Shown piece after piece: positions 49,231 to 61,200 of a DNA stretch of 64,000 nt. The notes beneath the pieces were generated by a model that had not been told where the DNA came from, ran no database searches, and saw only the letters and a program-made list of their open reading frames with translations. Both the position numbers and the translations under genes were made by a program. Origin of the DNA: Glaucostegus cemiculus (Eukaryota); contig CDPCPM010000076.1 in NCBI GenBank assembly GCA_976551045.1, positions 372,001-436,000 of the forward strand. Direction: 5' to 3'. The first letter of the stretch is position 1; the number at the start of each line of letters is the position of its first letter.

Positions 49231-49360
49231 GTTTTTTATTTTATCATTTCTTAAACCTAACCACTATTTAGACAGGCTCCCATAAGTGAAGCAAGCTGTT
49301 AGGGCACATATTCTCATGAATCCTCTAGTGTTACATTTATTTATTTGCTGCATAACATTG

Positions 49361-52300
49361 TTAGCTGTTGGATCCAATGATTAGGAAGGAACATAAGAAC
49401 AGTGCGGTGATGATGCCAATTGCATAGGTGAACTTCACCCCACAACACGTGATTCCTGGAGCTGGAAAGGAATTATATAATAATTAATATTTTCATTCCT
49501 TAAGATATTTCCTAATCAATAATTTGTATCGCCGGCATCACCAGATATATACTTTGTGCAAATCAGGAAGTCTGTTCATTGGTAGACAGATTGTTGATGG
49601 GGATGTAGATTACATAAGGAACACTATGCCCAATTGCCTCTGGTGTCCAGTTTTGATGAGTGTAGTTTATTTTTTTAAATTCATAAATCAAAACTGAACC
49701 AGAATATTACCTTAAAATGTATACGGTAGCAGTTAACGTAATGCTTTCCAGCGCCAGCGACCTGGGTTCAATTCTGGCCACTGTCTGTAAGGAGTTTTTA
49801 TGTTTTCCCCGTGTCTGTGGGTTTCCTTTGGGTGCTCCGGTTTCCTCCCACATTCCAAAGACATACAGATTAGGAAGTTTTGGGCATGCTATATTGGTGC
49901 CGGAAGCGTGGTGACACTTGTGGGCTGTCCCCAGAACACTCCACGCAAAAAGATGCATTTCACTGTGTGGTTTGATGCACGTGTGACTAGTAAAGATATC
50001 TTAATTTAAAGAAATGAGAGATTGGTACAATGTTTTTAATTCAGTTTTTGGCCTTGTTCCAGGTAGAGACTGGGATATGGCCAATGAGAGAGAGAGAGAC
50101 TCAAGGTAGTAAGTTAGCTGGGGTCAGGAGCACATCTTTGTGTTGGTAGGGAAGTTCTGGCTCCCTGAAGGTAAGTCTTAATTCCACCAATGAGGATAAC
50201 TTAGTTCAAATAGCATCACATTCCCCAAGATGTTATTTTGTGTTTTTTGCTTCCAACAAGGAACCATAACCAATAGATTGGACGCCAGAGCTTATGGTCA
50301 TGTAAATCAAGGTGAAAAGGTGCATTTTGATTTCATGATTAGAAATGAATTAAAAACAATATCCCAAATAATTCCATTAACCTGGTATTTAAACAAAACA
50401 TTTAAAAAAAGTTCAAACTTGCATTATTGCTCACCTTTAGTTAAAGGATGTGACTGTACATTAAGCCAATAGATTTCGTAGGATTGTGCTACAGTTGCTC
50501 TGCGATGGGAAGTAGAACGTATCACTTTAATATCAGAAACCATTGATTAACCCTAGAATTGAAATCCAAACCCACCCACCATATTTTCCTTGCTCCACCA
50601 GCAACAGGAGGCCTGATGAGGAAAACTAAGGTCAGCTCTAACTAGCCTACTGAGAAACCAACTGAAAGGTCAACATCAATAGGGGCACAATCTAAGGATG
50701 AGGGTTCGGCCATTAAAGACAGAGATGAGGTGGAGCACACTTATTTTGAGGATTGTGAATCTTTGGAATTCTAAACCCGGAGTGCTGTGCATGCTGGTTT
50801 TTTTGTGTATTCAAGAGTAGGAATGAATACTAAGGAAGTCAAGGCATATGAGGGTCAGCAAGGAAGATAAATTTACTACAGAACTGGCCATTTAATTGAA
50901 CAGCAGAGCAGCTCGAGGGATTAAATAGCCCACTCCTCCTTCGGTTTCTTGTGTTCCTGCGGTGCAGAATATAAAAAGAAAGGTGGCTTTTCATCTTAAT
51001 TGTTCTTATTTATGATTTACATGCTGAATTATAAATAATTTTGCCTAATCTAAAATGTGATGGCATCTAATGTAGCAAAACACACACACCAAACTTGGTT
51101 AGGTCACCAATGACGTGTGTGCTTTGCATTCATCCCCTAGAAGCCACAGTTGCCCACCGCTGAGTCTGTTACATGGAACTGACCCTCCCAGAGGCAATGG
51201 GGAAGGAGAGTTTTTTGCCTCAACTATAATGCCCTTTATTATCGGTTTACTGGACAACATTTGGACTTGTAAGGAGCAAGCAAGTCTCTTTGCAGAAGGA
51301 TTAAAGAGATGCCTCCATCTGTGAACACTGATATAAATCCTTATCCTTCCATAGAAGGAAGGAGCTCATTGGTAGGCAATTAGGCATGGAAAAGGCAGCA
51401 TTTGTCTTTCTAGATGGTGTATAGCAAGATCAGGAATTAAAGTATTTCAGGGTGACACCATGGATATAATCAATTATACATAACCAAACCTAAATAATAA
51501 AGCTAATGCCAAATTTTGACCAATGTCCAAGGAAGAGTATTTCATAATTCATTGGAGTATAAAACCATAATTGTGTTATTGATCCAGTTGTGATTCTAGA
51601 AGGTTATATGATAAAATTTGCTATTTGCCACTCTTTTGTTTTGATTTTTTAAATATATATTCCCTCCCCTTTGTTTTTAATTGCTTTCTTGTCACTGTCA
51701 AAAGGAGTCGTCCATTGGCTAACAGATACCATTGTGCCTTATTGGTGGTATTACCAAGTACATAGTTCCTTTCATTTGATTTGACTGGGAACCAAAGAAA
51801 AACTATCAGTTCTCTATCAGGTTTGAAGCTGTTGCAACATACATCTGTTACCAAACAGGAACCAAGAATGCTCAGCACCTGCAGTGATGGAGCTAAAGTC
51901 TAACACTAACCAGAGACGCATCCAGTTAGGGTCCAGGTCGCATTTCCCAGAGCGAGAGGCCCAGCAGCCCACCCTTGGAAGAGCAGATCTAAACCTGTTA
52001 GACTTTATTCCCCTGAGGAAGCTCAAGTGAGAGCGAAACGTTGGGAAGAGTGCTTTCCACAAGCAAGCGGAGAACGCGAACTGATCGAACCCCAGGACAG
52101 ACGGTAAGAAACCTAAACCTATACACCCCAAAACCCTTAGCCTAATCACCCCAAAACCCTTAGCCTAAATCAGCCCCTTAGCCTAAATCAGCCCTTTAGC
52201 CTAAATCAGCCCCTTAGCCTAAATCAGCCCCTTAACCTAAATCAGCCCCCAAGCCCAGATGCTGATGGAGTCTGGAATATGGCACAGATCGCAATAAAGG

Positions 52301-55300
52301 CAAGTGGAGCAAACCAAGATAATGAACCCGTGGGCCAAAAAAAAGTGGCAGGGTGTACAGTGTCATGGAAGCTCTAGTAACGAGAAGAATGAACACAAGA
52401 GGGACTGTTTTCCCACTGCCCGATAACTCGCAAACTAACCAGAGAAAGTTTTCGCATTGTTTGCTTTTTGTCTGTTATCACATAATAATACATACACAAA
52501 CTTAACAGCAATGGAACAGGCTGTCTCAGGAGGGACCCACACAAATGTGATGGAATTGTTCTGGGGAGATGTGTTTAAGTGGGTAACAGCAGATCTTGGG
52601 TTTCCAAAGCACTGAATTAAAAAAAAAGAAATCAAACAATGGAATAAGTTTGTGGATGACAAATTAAATATTGTATTAGAAACAAACAATTCTGAGCTTG
52701 CTGTTTTGGACTTTACCTGTAACAGCTGGGTGTTTTCAGGTGGATTTTGCCACATGCCTAGTGGAGAGCTGCTTCCGTCTTTTCGGGCTTGCAGTAAGAA
52801 TCCTTGATATTGTGGCCCCACTATTTGAACTGAAGATAACATTAATAACAGGTGATCACATCCTTCAAAGTAGAACTTTACAAAACAAACCAGGTGCACA
52901 GTATTAGTACTGCTGCATTGGCCAGTTCATAGACTGGAGACAACTACAGAAACAAAGACACCTTGGACTTCCTGCAGCTAATATGTGGAGGTGCACAGAA
53001 ATCTGTGTTCACAGCTATTGTATTTCCATATTTTCTCTCTTTTGGAAGGAGCAATCCCATCCCTCCATTATCTGTGCCAGCTATGGCTCAGCAAGTTGCA
53101 GATGATCACTGATTCAAATCCAAAAAGTTGAATACTATAAGCTGCTGCAGTGGGCTACAAGGGAATGCTGGACTGTGAGAGGTGCTGTCTTCTGGAGAAA
53201 ATGTTCAACTGTGAGATTACTGTCTCGGTTAGCTGAAAAAGACAGGATCTATCTTGACTATCCAAACCTATATTCACCTCTTCATCAACATCGGAGGGCC
53301 GAAAGGGCTTGTTACCACACTGTAAATAAATTTAAAACATCACTAATGCAAAATATGATCTTTGTCGCATTACTACTTTCCTTTTTCAATCTTTTTTATT
53401 GATAACAAATCAATACAGGTTAAGATATATAACAACAATGTTTACACATGTATTATAGCAATATCAAGTAACAATCGTAGGTAATCATTTTAAAAAAAGC
53501 AATAAAGTATGATATATATAAAAGAAAGTTCCAACAATCTCTCGGTTCATAAGTGTAATGTAAAAGATAGAAAAGAAAAAGATTTGTTATATAATTAGAA
53601 AAAAAACAAAAAAAAACCCAAATCAATAAAAAAAATCATAATAATATAGAGTAAATTGAACTGAAAATGAATTTAAAAAAAGGAAAAAATAACAAAACAA
53701 AGAAAAAAAAAACTGGGCTAAAATTTTCAATAGAAATGGAGCATTATGATGTCGTCAGCTTCGTTTCTCTAAATTTAAAAAAAAGTTATAGAAGGGGAAA
53801 CTACATCATATGGAAGCATTACTACTTGAGTGCACTTGCTACTCTGTTCCCTACATTACAGCAGTGGAATAATTGAAATTATTTCATTGTAAAGGAGTTT
53901 GGGATATTGTGAAAAGTGCTATGTAAACGTATGTCTTTCTTTTTTAAAAAAGGTACCACAAGGATCTAAATCCTAGGTTTTCAAACCGGGGGATTGCCAC
54001 ACAGTTCCCCCCCACCACACACACAACACTTCACTACTGCTGGGGGCATGGAAAAGTTAAAGGGACGAGATTCTTGTAAGATTTTTTTCTGCACAATTTC
54101 TAATTAGAATGGCGGGAGTGAGGTTGGTTGGGAGGGAGTAGGGGTGTCATGCTGGGAGCTAAAGGAAAAACCAAATCTATGGTTTAAATGGAAATAAAGA
54201 GAAGTTGTCCCCATTGACAGGTGTAGCACCAGACATTATGGGTTTGAAGTACAATAGCAAAGGACTCAAAGGTCACATGAGAAAAAAGTTGTCCACACAA
54301 TGCTTAGTTATGATCTGGATTACACTGCATGTAAAATAGTTTGTTCAAAGCTTTGAAAGAAAATTGAATAAATAAAATCTGCAGAGCTAAGTGGAAGGAA
54401 CATGAAGTGTAACTATTTGGATTCCTCTCACTAAACACTAGCATGTGTTTGAAGGGCTGATTAAATTTACCTGTAACATATCAACTGATTCTGAATTGCT
54501 TATATGACTGTAATCGAAGACCCCACCCACCCGGGTCATTCTCTCTTCTCCCATCAGGCAGAAGATACAGGAGCCTGAGGACACATATCACCAGGCTCAA
54601 GGACAGCTTCTATCCCACAGTGATAAGACTATTGAATAGTTCCCTTATACGATGAGATGGACTCTTAACTTCACAAACTACCTTGTTTGACCTTGTACCT
54701 TATTGTCTACCTGCAATGCACTTCCCTGTAGTTGTGACACTTTACTCTGTATTCTATTATTGTTTTTACCCCATACTACCTCAATGCACTCTGTACTAAC
54801 TCAATGTATCTGCACAGTGTAATGAATTGATCTGTACGAATGGAGTTTTTCCACTGTACCTCTGTACAAATTTTTCACTGTACCTTGGTACAAGTGACAA
54901 TAATATACCAGTACCAATACATTTGCTGGTTATTGGAGGATATTAATTCTACATCAAAAATAGTACCAAAAATGCGTTACCATCATCAAGTCCCCACAGT
55001 CAACTTGCTGAGGATCACCATTGGCACATTAGACTGGCACAACTCCAGCGTGTCTGGACATGTGCTTTCACTAGATGGTTAAGAGCACCGGTCGCAAGCT
55101 ACATTCTGTGAATAACACAATAGTAGCCATTGGTGAAGGGAATTAATGTTTAGACTGGTGGATGGGGGTGCCAATCAAGTGGGTCGCTGTTTCCTGGATT
55201 GTGTCGAGCTTCTTGAGTACTCTTGGAGCTGTGCTCATTCAGGTAAATGGAAAGTAACATTGTCAGCTCTAAATCTGAGAACTGCCTACCAACAACACCA

Positions 55301-55978
55301 TTGGGGGTAGCTCAGCAGGAGCACCGCTGCAGTTAAGATGGTGGCTGGCACCTTCTCAGGGGCGACTAGTGATGGAGAGTTGATGGTGACCTTGTCACTA
55401 CTGCCTTTGTCCCGAAAAGTGGATAAATAAAAGGCTGCCTCCACCACAAACTAAACGACCTAATCCCTGATCTTGTGCTTCTGCCAACCTCCTTTCATTT
55501 CATGTTAACTCACAGCAAACAAGCAGCTGGTCTAATACATGATGTAAAATATGGTTCACTCACTCTGTTTTATCCTCTGTGGGAAAACCTCTCAACATAT
55601 TCCACTGAATTATGTACAGTACTTGTCCCTGTTTTGTAAATTCTCACTAGACTTACAGTCGAGGAATACCACATTTGCCTTAGCAGTGAAAGGATTAATT
55701 GTACCATGAGAAATTGTCTTTGCGGCAACTATTACTGGGGAGCGAGTAACTCCCGCATTACGCAGAAACGTACCTTGCACTGGCTTTCCAGGTTGGAAGA
55801 CACTTGCTTCAGATATGATGGTATACGGAGCAGCACTGGACTGTGGCACCACGCCAGCATGTCTGGGCATCATGCTCTCACACGCTGATAAGGGAGCACC
55901 AGTTGGGAAGCCTCTGCTTAAGCTGGGAGCTTTCAGAGATACGATGCAACACACAATGAGAAACATTCTGCAGACCAT
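49361..55978 (-). CDS. Reeler-domain-only protein (FRRS1 N-terminus / defense protein Hdd11-like), 199 aa, with signal peptide and C-terminal hydrophobic anchor
   Basis: GT-AG exons 55978-55774 (MVCRMFLIVCCIVSLKAPSLSRGFPTGAPLSACESMMPRH...APYTI), 52829-52717 (YQGFLLQAR...LGMW), 52611-52496 (CFGNPRSAVTH...FVWVPP), 50499-50435 (ATVAQSYEIYWLNV) and 49461-49361 (APGITCCGVKFTYAIGIITALFLCSFLIIGSNS*). Phases 1,0,2,1 all match; total 600 nt. AATAAA (minus) at 49336-49345. Confidence 0.88.
49723..50000 (+). mobile_element. V-SINE, alternative-tail subfamily
   Basis: Head, V-domain, and tail AAAGATGCATTTCACTGTGTGGTTTGATGCACGTGTGACTAGTAAAG. Confidence 0.8.
52108..52250. repeat. 18-bp tandem repeat (CCCTTAGCCTAAATCAGC)n with telomere-like subunits
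   Basis: About 5 copies, preceded by two CACCCCAAAACCCTTAGCCTAA units. Confidence 0.85.
54510..54905 (+). mobile_element. Rex1/Babar-like LINE 3' fragment
   Basis: CCATCAGGCAGAAGATACAGGAGCCTGAGG...GGACAGCTTCTATCCC and tail TTTTCACTGTACCTTGGTACAAGTGACAATAATA. Confidence 0.7.
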
Positions 55979-57227
55979 TTCTGTTACTCCACGCCTGATG
56001 CTTCCATGAGCAAGACTACAAACCCTCGGTGAAACGTGCTGGTTAGGTGTGTCATTAGCTTTCTGAAACAGTATTTTGCTGACTCATTCATGATAAAAAA
56101 AATTCTGAGTTTTCATTTCTTTTCCAAGCCCAGTTACAATTATTCTCAGTGATGTCTTGCTTGAGCTACACATGTGAAAACATTCTAATCATTGGTTAGG
56201 TTTACACAAAGGGCCCTTTTCCCCAACAAAATGCTATATTTGACATCTTTTTCTAATCAATGACAATACTTCAAAGGAGATAGAAATTCCAGCTTGAGTA
56301 CCTCAGTATGAAATGAATTGCAGCATTTATTGAAATGAAAACTTCACGAGGGAGGAGTGGATTTATGTCATCAGCTTTGCTTTCATGCAAAGTGCTAACA
56401 AAAGAAATGGAGATACTGACACTCGTCTGTGCCAGAATATTGTGGATCAAGTCCCCCTCCAGATACCCATTTAATTATAGGCAGGGTCTTCAATGCAGTG
56501 CTGTGTGCTATGCCATTTGATGAAATATAAAACCAGGGTCCTCTCTGCCTTCTTGAATGAGCTTAAAAGATCTTATGCACTAATCTGAAAAAGAGCAAGA
56601 GAGCTTGCCCCTGTGTCTGGGCCAATATGACTCAATATCAATGTAACAGATTATTACATTGCTTATTATTACTTGTTGTGGAAACCTGGTGCAAGTTGAC
56701 TGCCCTGTTCCTTTCACAATTACATCAACTACACATCAAAAGTACACTGTGTGTAAAAGAACTCAGAACATCCTGGGGTTTTGAAAACCTGTTATCTTTT
56801 TGCTTTGATTAGACTTTTGCATCTGTACGTCCCGTTCTCTAAGTGCAGCACAGTGTTACAGGATGTTGGATTATTGTTTTACACTAATTCCCCATTCTCA
56901 GCAACTTTGGATGGCAAACTTGGTGGGCCGAAGGGCCTGTTTTGTGCTGTAAGGTTCTGTATTCTGTGTTTAACACTGTCATTAAAACCTTGATAATCAT
57001 TGAGAAGTGAATAGTGTACATTTAAATTCTCCTGTAAATAATTTGCTGGATATCAAATGGATTGAGTAAATCTGATCAACATTTTTATTTTGGTTTAATC
57101 CACATGAACATCCAGCTCCAATCATTAGGTCGAGCCCGCTCCGAGGATGGACTCATCTTCAGCTTTTTATACTGTTCCAATCAGACATAGAATCAACAGA
57201 AACATAAAATAGTTAGGACGAGGAGGT

Positions 57228-57505
57228 TAAGATTTCTTTATTAGTCACATATGTATCGAAACTCACAGTGAAATGCATCTTTTGCGTAGAGTGTTCTGGG
57301 AGCAGCCCGCAAGTGTCGCCACAGTTCTGGCGCCAACATAGCATGCCCACAACTCCCTCTACGTCTTTGGAACATGGGAGGAAACCAGAGCACCAGGAGG
57401 AAAACCACGCAGACACAGGAAGAACGTACAAACTCCTTACAGACAGTGGCCGGAACTGAACCTGGGTCACTGGCGCTGTAATAGCATTATGCTAACCACT
57501 ACTTT
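57228..57505 (-). mobile_element. V-SINE, alternative-tail subfamily
   Basis: Reverse complement of the head, V-domain and GATGCATTTCACTGTG...GTGACTAATAAAGAAATCTT tail. Confidence 0.85.
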
Positions 57506-58155
57506 CCCTGCCTGCCCTGTTGTTCAGCCCATCAGCACCAGTCCTCTTGACAAGAAATCCAGTTAGTTGCTCCCTATTTGCTTAAGCTTCGACTTCCCTT
57601 TAGAAGGCCACTATTGGATTGAGGCGCACCATCTCATTAGGCTGTGGATTCCAACTTCTAAAGACTATAAGCCTGTATTTTAGTGGTGTTCCTCTGAGTG
57701 TGATGGGTGTGTGGAAAGGGCCGCCAGTGGAGGCGGTAAGGGCGCGTACAATTACAACGTTTAAAAGACATTTCGACAGGTTGGTGGATGGGAAAGGTAT
57801 AGAGGGATGGGGGTAAATGGGACTAGCTCAGGTCAGTACGGACAAGGTAGGCCGAAGGGCCTGTTTCGTTGCCATATAGCTCTGTGACTCTGAAGGTAAC
57901 GATGGCATGATTTCGCTCTTAAACTAAGGGGAAGAGGCGACCGCTCAGTTAGCAGTGAACACGGGAGCCTCTCCCCACCGAGCCACAGACATAAGGGAAT
58001 TAGATCCTCCGCATAATCCTTCCATGTGGAACTTGCTGTTGGAAAGGCGGCCGATGTTTGTCAGAAATCTAATCGCAGGACGGTTATAGAGGACGGGGGT
58101 GGAAACCCTGCAATTCAATGGGTCTCAGTGATGTCCTCAGCCATCTGTCGCCGTG

Positions 58156-58163
58156 TATTTAAA
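58156..58163 (+). promoter_or_regulatory. TATA-like box TATTTAAA upstream of the small MGC gene
   Basis: About 50 bp upstream of an ATG in strong Kozak context (GCGCCATGG), within a CpG-enriched stretch (about 57900-59120). Confidence 0.45.
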
Positions 58164-58209
58164 CAGCCCGTCTGTGCCCAGCGAGGTGAGCACGGCTCGG
58201 GTCAGCGCC

Positions 58210-61200
58210 ATGGGCTGCACTCCGTCCAAAGCAAAGCGTGCCTACTCCCAGGACCGAGTGTGCAAGGACTTCGATACCTGTTCCACCTTTGTGTCCGGTC
58301 TGAAAACTTCTTCTACGCCAGAGAGACCCACCCAAAGGGAGCAAAGTGACACGCCGGAGGCGAGGGCAGCCTTCTTAAGTGGTAAGAGTCGGTGTGAACA
58401 ACAAGCTGGGGGTCTTGGATGTCCCAGTGCAGGAGTGCGGGGGGAAAGGGGGGAAGTGGAGAGAGAGAGAGAGAGACAGAGTGGGGCTAAGGGGGAAATG
58501 CTGGAGGAACCCAGCTGGTCAGAGAGCTTCTGTGGAGGGAAATGGATAGTCGGCGTTTCAGGGCGAGACCCTTCATCTGGTCCTGGGCGACCCGCTGAGC
58601 TCCTCCAGCATTTAGCTTGTTGCTCCAGATTCTGACATCTGCAGTCTCTTGTGTCTCCAGTGGGGTTAATGGGAAGAGCTCAGAGAGCTAGTAAGGGGAC
58701 TGTGGATGGACCGGATGGCCTCTCCACGTCCTGTGCACGATGTAACCCTTGGATTAATGAACCTAGTCAAGAATTACAACCTCTGTAAAGACGGTTTTGC
58801 ATTGGATTTCTCGTTGATACCAAAACCCACTGGGAGTCAGATATGAAAGCTGTGAACGGCGGAAATCCTTTCCCACCACGGGTGGTGTCCGGGGCAAGTT
58901 TCCGACTGTTGCTGTAAATGCTGAGAAAGCCGTGGTCACCGCGTACCTGAAGTTCAGGTGCAGGGTTAGAATGTTATTTCAATGTGACCGATAACATCCC
59001 GTGTGTTCCTCAGCAGTGGCGTTGACAACCGGCATTTCTACTGAAGTCGCGGCTGCCAGTTTGAATTGGCGGAACATTCAAACCGCCAGTCTCAGCAGCA
59101 AAGGATAAATTTGCCCTAATTAAGAAATTTCCTATTTGGCTGTAAATACCAACCAGGATAACTCTCCCCAAGTAACAGAAGCCACCTCCGAGAAGTTACT
59201 TCGCTAGTTTTTCGATAGTTTTAATCAACAGCTGATTTGCAATGATCAAATTCATAACAAAATAAATGATGGATTTTTTTCTTTCAACATTAGCAGCAAT
59301 TTGGATCTATATAGCACCATCAAAGCAGCCAAGTTTCATGAATTATTTGGAACTAAGTGCACATAACGCAGCTGTGGGGACAGATCGCACTGGTTAATGT
59401 TGGAACCGCGGGCACTTTGAGTGTTTAAATCTGTCACCTTCACTCCTGCGTTACCCAACACGAAAGTCTGCTGACAGATTCGGGACACGGTGGAGTCGAG
59501 CAACAGGGTCAAGTCTGGTTGACTTGCCCCAGCGTTTACCTGAAATAGAATCCAAGATCCCAATGATTCCTGTGGGACACGTGGAGCTGCAGATTAGAAG
59601 GCAAAGAGGCAAACAGAAATCCAAACAGCAAATGCTGGAAACACTCAGCAGGTCAGGCAGCATCTGTGGAAAGAGAACCATAGGAGCAGGAGTTGGCCAC
59701 TCCTCTCTTTAAGCTATCGATGCAAATACTTTATCTCAATATGAAATTCCCAGTCTCTCTCCACATGCCTTGATCCTTTCATGAAATTATTTCACATTGT
59801 TTTAGTTACTGCATTAGCTTTTTTCTTTTTAGTTAACAATTCTTATTTATATTTTAAGTAACTTTAATATTTTTTCCTTCAGTTGTAATAATTTTTAAAT
59901 GAATGCCAGATAAACCATTTAATACCTCCCTCTTCACGGGGAGCTGGGGCAAGGATTGCATTAAAAACAAAAACTACCTGGTTCAGCAATCGCTGTGTGT
60001 GTTGTCAAAGTGGTTTCCAGACTGATTTTGATCGGCTATGGGGCAAGAGAGGGAGATTTCAGATTTCTTTTATTGGCCCTGCCTTTTTCCCCAGTCTAGT
60101 TGCCTCCTTCAGGAGATGACGCAGCTGCAGTGGTGTAAGGATGTGGAGCGAGTGTGGGGTGATGTGCACAGGACAGTCGGGATTGACGTTCAATTTAATC
60201 TTTTTTTGTCAATTTCATATTTTCACCTACATTGCAAAACTGCAATTTGTTTGAGGTAATTTTCTGAGCTGAAGAGCCAACTCCCTGTGCAAAATGATAC
60301 CATGGGAGCTGGGATCCCACTGAAAGTTTACTGTCTAACCCAATCTTCTTCTGTGTCTGAGGGTTGTCAGGGATTGAGGCCAGTTCACCCGAAATCCTCA
60401 GAGGGAGTTTTCGTTGACAGTCATTGGATTGTAGTCAACAATGAGAAACAGGACTGAGTTGAGGCCAGACACAGGGTGGAGGAACAACGCCTCATATTCC
60501 GCCTTGGGAATCTCCAACCTGATGGGCTCAACATCGATTTCTCTAACTCCCTCCCCGCTCCTCTCTCCCCCTTTTTTCCTCCTTTGTCTTTCCTCATTCC
60601 TTAGCCCCCTCCCCCTCTTCTCTCTCCCCTTCCCTGCTCTCATGACCTGCCTATCAATTGCCCACCTCTTTCCCTTTAGTCCATGGTCCACCGCCCTCTC
60701 CTACTGGATTCCTTCTTCTTCAGCCCTACCTATCACCCCTCAGTATCTTGTATCTCTGCCCTCCCCCACCCCCACCCTCCTACCTTCTCCCCCTCACCTG
60801 GACTTACCTCTCACCTGAACTCACCTATTAACATGCAGGCAGGTGATCCCCTGCCTGCGTGTACTCCTCCCCCTCCCCCGACCTTCTTATTCTGGTTTCT
60901 GCCTCTTCCTCTCTAGTCCCGATGAAGGGTCTCGACCTGAAACATCGACTCTCCATAGATGCTGCCTGACCTGCTGAGTTCCTCCAGCATTTTGAGTTTA
61001 CCACTGTCCTCTCTGGAAAACTGGGATTAATTGTATTTCCCTCGATATTGGCCTAAGATCTGAGCATAAACCAGGGATCAACTTTCACACCTTTATGGTC
61101 CTTATGTCCATGAACAATGTAAATGAGCCGTATGTTCAGCTGTAACTCTAATCTTGCAACAACAGTCTGGGAACGAAACATCCTATTTAAGATCTACAGA

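Noticed and set aside
58382-58635. Continuation of the 160-aa ORF beyond the donor site
   Set aside because: Reads through a canonical GTAAGA donor into a GA microsatellite and a Penelope remnant, so treated as intron.
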